A program made the position numbers and the translations under genes. From a virus, in UHGV virus genome UHGV-0133447: DNA of 28,245 nt; one strand, written 5' to 3'. Under the pieces are notes generated by a model. It was not told the DNA's origin. It searched no databases and saw only the letters and a program-made list of their open reading frames with translations. Below are positions 21,925 to 28,245 of this stretch, piece after piece (position 1 is the stretch's first letter; every line of letters starts with the position of its first letter).

Positions 21925-22042
21925 TAGCTCAAATGGATAGAGCGCCCCTTATGTGGGGAGTTGAGCACTAACCAATGTTCGCAACACAGGTTATCTCATG
22001 CGGCCGGCCGGACGTTATGCGGGTTCAAATCCCGTCACCACA
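21918..22042 (+). ncRNA. tRNA-like module 1 (canonical acceptor, D arm and T arm; non-canonical anticodon region with a 60-nt insertion)
   Basis: TGTGGTG (21918-24) pairs with CACCACA (22036-42). The D arm is TA-GCTC-AAATGGATA-GAGC and the T arm GCGGG-TTCAAAT-CCCGT (22019-35). The anticodon position has only CCCC-TTATGT-GGGG (a 6-nt loop) plus extra hairpins. No 3' CCA. Confidence 0.5.
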
Positions 22043-22081
22043 GCGCACAACGATGAGGGCATTGACGAGCAAGGCACAGAG

Positions 22082-22162
22082 TCTGGTTCGATTCCAGACG
22101 CCAGGATAGCTCTATATCTGGTGATGGGCAGGGAAAAGGTCCGTTCGATTCGGACACCGGCA
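22082..22162 (+). ncRNA. Two T-arm/acceptor-like minihelix fragments and a truncated tRNA-like unit
   Basis: TCTGG-TTCGATT-CCAGA (22082-98) and GTCCG-TTCGATT-CGGAC (22139-55) both have canonical T-loops. A D-arm-like TAGCTC lies at 22107-12. No complete cloverleaf can be drawn. Confidence 0.45.
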
Positions 22163-22182
22163 GTGCTCTCTTCGTTGTGGTA
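22162..22182 (+). repeat. 21-nt boxA-like motif, copy 2 (AGTGCTCTCTTCGTTGTGGTA)
   Basis: Shares GGCAGTGCTCT...CGTTGTGGT with copy 1. GTTGTGG (22174-80) pairs with CCACAAC (22287-93) after hairpin GGTGG-AGGCA-CCACC. Confidence 0.55.
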
Positions 22183-22320
22183 ATTGCGGCTATGCGCACG
22201 TGACGAGCCAACCCGTTCATGGAATGCGTTTCCGGGCAGTGTACGTCGCCGGTTATGGCTTAACCCGGCAGGTGGAGGCACCACCGCCACAACCTAGTTA
22301 ACTGTGCTGTGTGTAGTCTT

Positions 22321-22390
22321 GGCGGTTATCCAGTTTTCCACTATCCAAAGGAGGAAGAGGATAACGTTCTGATGGATAACCGCCCTTTTT
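22321..22390 (+). terminator. Long-loop hairpin plus T-tract (terminator/attenuator-like) inside the untranslated region
   Basis: GGCGGTTATCCA (22321-32) pairs with TGGATAACCGCC (22373-84), followed by CTTTTT (22385-90). The 40-nt loop contains AAGGAGGAAGAGGA and the ATG at 22372. Confidence 0.4.
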
Positions 22391-22533
22391 ACACAATACA
22401 AAAGAGCATCACCGGGCGACGGGCTCATTACCCAATCCACCCGGGCGGCGTCCTAACCGCAGGTGCTCTTCTGTGTTGTGTACGGAGAAATTCCCGGCGG
22501 TGGCAGCCGCCTTTCGAGAGGGTAAAACCATGA
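22372..22533 (+). CDS. Possible 53-aa leader ORF (uncertain), stop overlapping the next gene start (ATGA)
   Basis: MDNRPFYTIQKSITGRRAHYPIHPGG... with GAGGA about 10 nt upstream. It lies entirely over strongly paired RNA, so coding is doubtful. Confidence 0.25.
   Translation: MDNRPFYTIQKSITGRRAHYPIHPGGVLTAGALLCCVRRNSRRWQPPFERVKP
22462..22482 (+). repeat. 21-nt boxA-like motif, copy 3 (GGTGCTCTTCTGTGTTGTGTA), 3' arm of a roughly 21-bp stem
   Basis: Pairs with TACACAATACAAAAGAGCATC (22390-22410), with 18 Watson-Crick pairs, 2 G.U pairs and 1 mismatch. Lies 48 nt upstream of the next gene start. Confidence 0.55.
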
Positions 22534-22901
22534 GTAATGATCGCATGACAGTAGTGCCCGATTTCCTGGGTGAACTGGACGCCGGCGTATTCATGAACAA
22601 GATTGCGGCGGCTCTTAATACCACCGCGCTCGGCGTTCTGAACAACGGCAACAAAGGCAAGGTTGTCCTCACCTTTGATTTTGAGCGTATGGGCAACTCT
22701 GTTGAAGAGAAGCGCGTCAAGATTAAGCACAAGCTGAACTACAGCACCCCAACTCCCCGCGGCAAAGCGTCGGAGGAGGACACCACCGAAACACCAATGT
22801 GGGTTAACAAAGGTGGCAAGCTCACAATCCTGCAGGAGGATCAGGGGCAACTCTTCGGTATCACCGGCGCGGTGGACGGAAAGCTTAAAGCGGCTCAGTG
22901 A
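22530..22901 (+). CDS. Hypothetical early protein (YfdP-like position upstream of YfdQ/YfdR homologs)
   Basis: The ATG at 22530 with a GAGAGGG RBS is preferred over the track start at 22473. 123 aa. Family not recognised with certainty. Confidence 0.7.
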   Translation: MSNDRMTVVPDFLGELDAGVFMNKIAAALNTTALGVLNNGNKGKVVLTFDFERMGNSVEEKRVKIKHKLNYSTPTPRGKASEEDTTETPMWVNKGGKLTILQEDQGQLFGITGAVDGKLKAAQ

Positions 22902-22957
22902 ACCGCACGTACAAATTCACTGATACCACTTCGCTAATCAGTTAATAAGGAATTTTT

Positions 22958-23785
22958 ATGTCTCAGTTAGACAGCGGTACTTTTCAGCAGGTTAAAGATC
23001 TGGTGCTTTCCGGTTATCACCTGAACGATATCCCCGGCCTGGCCTGTCCGACCGCCCTGCTACCGCAGAATACCAGCATTGAAAGCCTGGAGCGTTTTGC
23101 TCTTGAGCGTTTCCGTTTCCGCGGTGCAATGGACACGACTAGCATTGATGATTTCGTTCGCTATTCTGTCGCTTATGCCCTGGAAGAAGAAAAAGCACGT
23201 TGCTTTATTGATGCCGATAACATGCTGGCTCGTTCTATCTTCAACATCGGTACGCTGGATAATCCCGGCCACGCTGATAACGTCGCCTCGATCAAGCTAA
23301 AGAAAACAGCGCCCTTCCGCGCGTTACTGGCGATCAACGGCGATCACCTTAATCAGAAGCAAATCGCCGAATGGCTTGAAGACTGGAGCGACTATCTCAC
23401 TGCGTTCGATGCTGACGGTAACACGATGAAAATCGCCCAGGCCGCTCAGGCAGTTCGCCGCGTCACCATCCAGCAAACTAATGCCTCCGACCATGAAGAT
23501 GGTGATTTCAGTGGCAAAAAATCGCTGATGCAGAGTATTGAAGCCAGCAGTAAAGAGGTTATGCCGGTAGCGTTTGAGTTTAAGTGTGTACCCTATGAAG
23601 GCTTGGGCGAACGTCGTTTCAGTCTGCGCAACAGTCTGCTGAAAAGTAATGACCCGGTATTCGTCCTGCGTATCGTCCAGTTGGAAGCCCAGGAAGAAGC
23701 GATCGCCAATGAGTTCCGTGATCTGCTGGTTGGCAAGTTCGCCGGCAAGCCGGTAGAAACCTTTATCGGCAACTTCAAGGCCTGA
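22958..23785 (+). CDS. yfdQ: DUF2303 family protein (YfdQ-like)
   Basis: 275 aa. The overall sequence and the context next to an HD-domain YfdR-like gene match my memory of CPS-53 yfdQ. Confidence 0.8.
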   Translation: MSQLDSGTFQQVKDLVLSGYHLNDIPGLACPTALLPQNTSIESLERFALERFRFRGAMDTTSIDDFVRYSVAYALEEEKARCFIDADNMLARSIFNIGTLDNPGHADNVASIKLKKTAPFRALLAINGDHLNQKQIAEWLEDWSDYLTAFDADGNTMKIAQAAQAVRRVTIQQTNASDHEDGDFSGKKSLMQSIEASSKEVMPVAFEFKCVPYEGLGERRFSLRNSLLKSNDPVFVLRIVQLEAQEEAIANEFRDLLVGKFAGKPVETFIGNFKA

Positions 23786-23797
23786 TTGCTCTCCATT

Positions 23798-23825
23798 AAA
23801 TCCCCGTCGTTGCGGGGATTTATTA
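23798..23825 (+). terminator. Hairpin with T-rich tail between the yfdQ-like and yfdR-like genes
   Basis: AAATCCCCG-TCGTTG-CGGGGATTT followed by ATTAAAG. Confidence 0.5.
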
Positions 23826-23917
23826 AAGCGTAATCCTGCAATTAATCGCCACCTGGCGAGGGATTCCTACACCCAAAAATCAGCGCTGTGCAGAGCGCAA
23901 TTAAATGGAGAAATACG

Positions 23918-24445
23918 ATGAGCTTTATTCAAACGTTCACAGGCAAGCACTTTAACTATCTCGATATCCAGCTGGATGCCATTGAGATCGAAGATATCGC
24001 TAACGCACTCTCGAATATTTGCCGCTTTGCTGGCCATCTTCCGGAGTTCTACAGCGTCGGTCAGCACAGCGTGTTAACCAGTCACCTGGTACCACAGGAG
24101 TTTGCACTTGAAGCACTGCTGCACGATGCCGCAGAGGCTTATTTGCAGGATATTCCAGCACCGCTTAAACGCCTGCTCCCGGACTACCGCGCCATTGAGG
24201 ATCGGGTTGATGCTGCTATCCGTCAAAAATTTGGCCTGCCATCTGAGCAGCACCCGACCGTGAAGTATGCCGACCTTGTGATGCTGGCCAGCGAACGTCG
24301 CGACTTTGAAATCGACGACGGCACCCACTGGCCGATGCTCGAAGGCATTATTCCTACCGACCAATTTGTGATTAATCCCGTCCGACCTGGTCAGTCTTAC
24401 GGCATGTTTATGAACCGCTTTAACCAACTGATGGAGCGGCGCTAA
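23918..24445 (+). CDS. yfdR: HD-domain 5'-deoxynucleotidase (YfdR-like)
   Basis: The ATG at 23918 (MSFIQTFTGKHFNYLD...) has a GGAG RBS. Contains the HD motif LLHDAAEAYLQDIPAPLKRLLPDY. Confidence 0.85.
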   Translation: MSFIQTFTGKHFNYLDIQLDAIEIEDIANALSNICRFAGHLPEFYSVGQHSVLTSHLVPQEFALEALLHDAAEAYLQDIPAPLKRLLPDYRAIEDRVDAAIRQKFGLPSEQHPTVKYADLVMLASERRDFEIDDGTHWPMLEGIIPTDQFVINPVRPGQSYGMFMNRFNQLMERR

Positions 24446-24645
24446 TGGCACATGTGAAAGTGAAAGAATTGGTTGCTGCAGCATACGCTGCAGCACCTGA
24501 CCTACCACCAGCAGCAGCACAATTAATGCAAGACATAGCGTCAAGGCTGGATGTGACCTTTGTCGCCCTTACAGAGGCAATGGACCAGAACACCGCTATG
24601 GCCGCGATGATAGCGAACCTGAGCGAGGAAAACAGAAATGGCTAA
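24445..24645 (+). CDS. Hypothetical 66-aa protein
   Basis: Start overlaps the upstream stop (TAATG) and the stop overlaps the next start. Ala-rich. Confidence 0.55.
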   Translation: MAHVKVKELVAAAYAAAPDLPPAAAQLMQDIASRLDVTFVALTEAMDQNTAMAAMIANLSEENRNG

Positions 24646-25426
24646 AAACTCGATCGATGCTTATGGCGCCAGCGGCAAGACAAACGTTCTGATGTTCGAG
24701 CCGAAAAATCTGCATATTGTCACTGACAAGGCTCACCCGCTTTACGATGAGCGTATTCACTTACCTCTCAGTGAGGCAATGGTGCTGAACATCATGGATC
24801 AAGGTGTTCTGGAGCCGATTATTGTGTGGAAAGACCCGGAAACGGGGCTGTCCTGTGTGGTCGATGGCCGTCAGCGTGTCCGCCATACCCTGGAAGCTAA
24901 CAGGCGTCTGGCAAAAGAGGGAAAAACCCCACTGCTGGTTCCGGCTGTCACTAAACGCGGTTCTGCTGTTCGTATGGCGCAGGCAATGGTCAGCGCAAAC
25001 GAAATCCGCCAGGCCGATACACCGCTGGGCCGAGCCAAAAAGATGGCTGATGCACTGGAGCGCGGGCATGACGAGGAAGACCTCGCGCTGATGTTCGGCG
25101 TCAGCGTCCCCACTGTACGCGCTACGCTATCCCTTCTGGATGCCACTCAGGCAGTCAAAGACGCGGTAGAGTCCGGCACAGTAACAGTTACCCAGGCACG
25201 TCAACTGGCATCACTAAAACCCGAAGAACAGCGGGAAAAGGTAGCCGAAATCGAAGCGGCGACCGCTGGCACTACTGGTCATGAAAAAGCGCGTCGTCAG
25301 CGCCAGGTTCTCGGCGATAAGAAACCGCGCCTTAAAACTCGCAAAGAAATCACTAAAGCCCTCGAAGCTGCCAGCGGTGAATACGCTGATGCTCTCCGCT
25401 GGGTACTTGGGGAGGTAACATTATGA
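24638..25426 (+). CDS. ParB/Srx N-terminal-domain protein with HTH
   Basis: 262 aa. EPIIVWKD...VVDGRQRVRH is a ParB-box-like motif, and EEDLALMFGVSVPTVRATLSLL is an HTH. Confidence 0.85.
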   Translation: MAKNSIDAYGASGKTNVLMFEPKNLHIVTDKAHPLYDERIHLPLSEAMVLNIMDQGVLEPIIVWKDPETGLSCVVDGRQRVRHTLEANRRLAKEGKTPLLVPAVTKRGSAVRMAQAMVSANEIRQADTPLGRAKKMADALERGHDEEDLALMFGVSVPTVRATLSLLDATQAVKDAVESGTVTVTQARQLASLKPEEQREKVAEIEAATAGTTGHEKARRQRQVLGDKKPRLKTRKEITKALEAASGEYADALRWVLGEVTL

Positions 25427-26499
25427 GTAAAGTAGGAGATCATTTCTTTGAGTTTCCTGCATCACGTGGAACTCAGGGCGTTTCAATCGTCCTGATGCTG
25501 AGTGTTCCTGCACGGACCCTTACGCGAGTTCTCGCCAGCGATAATTACGGGGACACTCTTGAACGCTCGCAGCGAGAACTGAACCCAGCCAGGGCGAAAA
25601 AGTTTTATCAGTATCTTGTTGAAGCATACGAAAACAAAGAGCCATTTATCATTCCACCGCTGGTAGGTAACTGCGATTCGTATGTTGAATTCGAAGAGTT
25701 CGGAAACACTAATGTCGGGGTGGCCCGATTCCCAATGGATGCAGAGATTAAATTGTTTGATGGTCAGCATCGCGCAGCAGGTATTGCGGAATATTGTCGC
25801 ACCATTGATGAACCGATCCATGTCCCGATGATGCTTACTCTCCAGTTGCCACTGAAAACGCGGCAGCAGTTTTTCTCGGACATTAACAACAATGTTTCGA
25901 AGCCATCTGCGGCAATCAACATGGCCTATAACGGGCGCGATAAGAACGCGCAGGTGATGGTCAGCTTTATCAGTTCACACGACGTCTTTTCTGAAGTCAC
26001 CGATTTTGAGCATAACGTCGTTCCCGCGAAAAACGATAAGTGGGTGAGCTTCAAGGCCCTTAGTGATGCCACAGCAAAATTTTCAGGTTCCTGCTCGCAG
26101 GATGATCTTGAAGGATTATGGAATGCGTGGCTTATGCTGACAGGTTTAGATGATATTCGCCGCGGTACGAATCAAGCCGAATATAAACGCGAGTATATCC
26201 AGTTCCATGCCGTGATGATTAATGCCTTCGGTTACGCAGTGCAGCGGCTAAGCGAAGGCCGGGGAGTTCGTGGGGTCACGCTGATGATTGAGGATCTGGT
26301 AATGAATACCGGCATTGCCGATCGTGAAGATTTCTTTCTTATTTCATCATGGGTCGGAATTTGCGCCAGCTGTGAGAAAGCTAGGCCAACGGTCATTGCG
26401 AATGTATCCGCTCAAAAGGCTGCAGCATCACGCCTGATGGATGCCATCGTGAATAAAAGCTTGTCTGTTAGTCGCGGTAAGGAGGCCAGCCATGACTGA
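25423..26499 (+). CDS. DGQHR-domain protein (DndB-like)
   Basis: 358 aa with a literal FDGQHR motif (KLFDGQHRAAGI) and FFSDINNNVSKPS downstream, as in the DndB/DGQHR family. ATGA overlap with the ParB-like gene. Confidence 0.85.
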   Translation: MSKVGDHFFEFPASRGTQGVSIVLMLSVPARTLTRVLASDNYGDTLERSQRELNPARAKKFYQYLVEAYENKEPFIIPPLVGNCDSYVEFEEFGNTNVGVARFPMDAEIKLFDGQHRAAGIAEYCRTIDEPIHVPMMLTLQLPLKTRQQFFSDINNNVSKPSAAINMAYNGRDKNAQVMVSFISSHDVFSEVTDFEHNVVPAKNDKWVSFKALSDATAKFSGSCSQDDLEGLWNAWLMLTGLDDIRRGTNQAEYKREYIQFHAVMINAFGYAVQRLSEGRGVRGVTLMIEDLVMNTGIADREDFFLISSWVGICASCEKARPTVIANVSAQKAAASRLMDAIVNKSLSVSRGKEASHD

Positions 26500-27073
26500 G
26501 GCTGAATTAGCGCTTGAACGAGCAAAAAAGCTGGCGTTCTTAATGACAGAGCGTTTCAGTATGAACCCCATTAGCGCCAAACTGCTTAATGAAGCATGGC
26601 GTCTTGCATTCCCTGACGAAGTTGCAGTGGCCAGGCGCATGAGGGCGCTGGTAGAGGCGCTGGAGAAGGCGCAGACCAAAAACGCACTCGTTGCCGGCGG
26701 CATTGAGGCTACAGCAAAGCTACATGAGCGCATCGCCGAGCTGGAAGAAGCAGAGCAAAAACTCTGTGCCGCTAACGTGACGCTTGATGCTCGCGCGGAA
26801 TTGGCTGAGCGCCGGTTGGCAGAGATGGAGTCCCGTACCGTCACCATTGAGCCATTCCGCTCGTTTGTCACTGATGCCGACTTAGCAGCGCTCCACCGCT
26901 TCGCCGAATGCTGTGATGACCCTGAATCTGGCGGTCACGATTTGGAACAAGAGCAGGTAAGGCGGCTTGAGGCAATCGGAGCATTGCAGCGTTCGGGGCG
27001 AATTAGCTACATCACGAGCTTTGGTGATGTCCTGATTTCGATTACCGCTGGCATCAAGTGGGAGGCTAAGTGA
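26492..27073 (+). CDS. Coiled-coil protein (possibly Ead/Ea22-like)
   Basis: 193 aa with a central heptad-like A/E/L-rich region. Coupled on both sides. The family call is weak. Confidence 0.55.
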   Translation: MTEAELALERAKKLAFLMTERFSMNPISAKLLNEAWRLAFPDEVAVARRMRALVEALEKAQTKNALVAGGIEATAKLHERIAELEEAEQKLCAANVTLDARAELAERRLAEMESRTVTIEPFRSFVTDADLAALHRFAECCDDPESGGHDLEQEQVRRLEAIGALQRSGRISYITSFGDVLISITAGIKWEAK

Positions 27074-27249
27074 TGGCAGAACGCTGGAAAATTTATCTCA
27101 CTATCGCATTCATCGCCCTTGGCGCTACACCGATAAGCATGGTAGCTGCAAAGATTTATGTACCCTCATGGGCGCTTATTTGCGGGCACTGTGGCGCGAT
27201 AATAGCCGGATTTATTTGTGCAGAATTAGGAAGGGGAGCCGACCAATGA
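27073..27249 (+). CDS. Small two-TM membrane ORF (58 aa; below the ORF-track cutoff)
   Basis: MAERWKIYLTIAFIALGATPISMVAAKIYVPSWALICGHCGAIIAGFICAELGRGADQ. The ATG overlaps the upstream TGA and the stop overlaps the next ATG. Confidence 0.5.
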   Translation: MAERWKIYLTIAFIALGATPISMVAAKIYVPSWALICGHCGAIIAGFICAELGRGADQ

Positions 27250-28154
27250 CCAGCAAAATATCCATAACCGACGAGCGACTTGCATCAATCCAGGCGACAA
27301 CAGTCGGGGTAAAACAGCGCGGGGCAATGCCGCGTGGTTTTTCAAAGTATCTTGTTGAAAACCTGGCCGCAATACTGGCAGAGCTACAGGAACGTCGCAA
27401 TGCCGCAAAAGGTCTTGACCTGGCGGGCTGGCAATTCAAATCAGTAAACGGTGACTGGTTGGGCCTAATTGACGAACACGGAAAGAATCAGGCCTTTCGT
27501 GAGGGTTGCGAAGTTCGCGAGGTTTTCGCTATGGCCGATGGCGTCAATGAACGCGACCAGGTACGCCGCGAGCACGCCGAGTGGTCACAGGCTACATTCG
27601 GCAATGTTGGTCCGGTTGGCCCATTGAAGCACCTGAGCAAAGAAGCGCTGGAAGCTGCTGCCGAGCCTGGCGACCTGTCGGAGTTTGCTGATATGCAGTT
27701 CCTGCTTTGGGACGCCCAGCGCCGGGCTGGTATCACTGATGATCAGATTACCCAGGCGATGATCGAGAAACTGGCGGTGAACAAACAGCGCGAATGGCCT
27801 GAGCCGAAAGACGGTGAGCCACGGTTGCACATTAAAGATCAGCCATCGGCGGTAGGGCCAGTAACAGACGCTATGGCTTACGCATTCCATCATGCGCTAA
27901 CCGATGGTCCCCTGGGTGATGACGATGTGGAGGATATTAAGATCGGATTGAGAGCAGCTTTCGCTAATGTAACCACCTATCAGCCATTACCAGTAGTGCT
28001 GAAAGAGCATCAAATCCGCGAACTAGTCAATAAACTGCGTGATATAGCTATTGAATATCACGGTACACAACAATTGCGTGAGCATATTGCTTGTGTTGTC
28101 CGCGCCGCTATGATCGCGGTCGCACAACCAGCGCCAAAAAGCGAAGTGAATTAG
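27246..28154 (+). CDS. DUF550-containing protein (MazG-like nucleotide pyrophosphohydrolase fold)
   Basis: The ATG at 27246 (MTSKISITDERL...) is coupled to the preceding ORF. The central segment EHAEWSQATFGNVGPVGPLKHLSKEALEAAAEPGDLSEFADMQFLLWDAQRRAGI matches the DUF550 pattern. Confidence 0.78.
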   Translation: MTSKISITDERLASIQATTVGVKQRGAMPRGFSKYLVENLAAILAELQERRNAAKGLDLAGWQFKSVNGDWLGLIDEHGKNQAFREGCEVREVFAMADGVNERDQVRREHAEWSQATFGNVGPVGPLKHLSKEALEAAAEPGDLSEFADMQFLLWDAQRRAGITDDQITQAMIEKLAVNKQREWPEPKDGEPRLHIKDQPSAVGPVTDAMAYAFHHALTDGPLGDDDVEDIKIGLRAAFANVTTYQPLPVVLKEHQIRELVNKLRDIAIEYHGTQQLREHIACVVRAAMIAVAQPAPKSEVN

Positions 28155-28197
28155 TAATATTCCCCGGGTGCAGCCGGGCTGTATGGAGATCCTGTCA

Positions 28198-28245
28198 TGG
28201 CAAAACTTATGAAAGCGAGTCAATGGGGAAAACGCGAATTTACCA
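28198..28245 (+). CDS. Start of a further early-operon ORF (runs off the window)
   Basis: ATG with GGAG about 10 nt upstream (MAKLMKASQWGKREFT...). Too short to classify. Confidence 0.35.

Larger units (their letters stand above)
21188..22529 (+). ncRNA. About 1.3-kb untranslated, GC-rich, modular structured-RNA array (tRNA-like modules plus boxA-like motifs)
   Basis: No plus-strand ORF of 60 aa or more between 21188 and 21997, inside an otherwise tightly coupled plus-strand operon. Repeated unit architecture with a 260-300-nt period, dense hairpins (for example a 12-bp stem 21522-33 with 21552-63), tRNA-like D/T arms and a repeated 21-nt motif. See findings. Confidence 0.5.

Noticed and set aside
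21918-22042. Calling module 1 a genuine tRNA gene
   Set aside because: The acceptor, D and T arms are canonical. However, no 5-bp anticodon stem with a 7-nt loop can be drawn (only CCCC-TTATGT-GGGG). About 60 nt of extra sequence lie before the T arm, and there is no CCA or standard discriminator context. It is therefore reported as tRNA-like only.
22015-22290. ORFs 21998-22183(+), 22015-22290(-) and 22035-22220(-)
   Set aside because: They cover the tRNA-like T-arm and acceptor elements and overlap each other, so coding is implausible.
1-28245. Search for integrase, transposase, IS ends, att sites or CRISPR arrays
   Set aside because: No recombinase-like ORF, long terminal inverted repeats or spacer-repeat array was seen. 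The window appears to be entirely internal to one prophage.

Overview
The window is the central part of a lambdoid prophage from an enterobacterial-type genome, with an HK97-like packaging module. All calls were made by eye from the sequence and the ORF track. No searches were run, so family names are motif recognition from memory. Minus strand, right to left: Cro/YdaS-like and CII-like regulators, a hidden 59-aa DUF4222-like ORF, an O-like replication initiator with ori iterons inside it, a PerC-like protein, a phage Dam-type N6A methyltransferase, a 660-aa C5 cytosine methyltransferase with about 7 tandem TRD-like repeats, a LexA-DBD-only protein, RusA, a KilA-N protein, a DUF968 protein and a Q-type antiterminator. 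These are followed by a PR'/tR'-like promoter and terminator, a small wHTH ORF, a beta-class DPPY methyltransferase, tRNA-Thr(UGU), about 470 nt of untranslated structured RNA, an HNH-AP2 homing-type endonuclease, a TerB-domain gene with a coupled 51-aa membrane ORF, morons, two holin-like genes, a GH19 endolysin, overlapped spanins, an HNH endonuclease, a candidate cos region, TerS(P27), TerL and the portal N-terminus. Plus strand: the CI repressor, a terminator and a CI-operator-controlled PL-type promoter, then a 77-aa ORF and a roughly 1.3-kb ORF-poor, GC-rich, highly structured region. Next comes a tightly coupled early operon: YfdP/Q/R-like genes, a ParB-like protein, a DGQHR/DndB-like protein, a coiled-coil protein, a small TM ORF and a DUF550/MazG-like protein. 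The most interesting signal is that 1.3-kb region. It is a tandem array of tRNA-like, acceptor-closed RNA modules, each preceded by a boxA-like 21-nt motif. A paralogous module lies in the late operon next to the genuine tRNA-Thr. No integrase, transposase or CRISPR array was seen.
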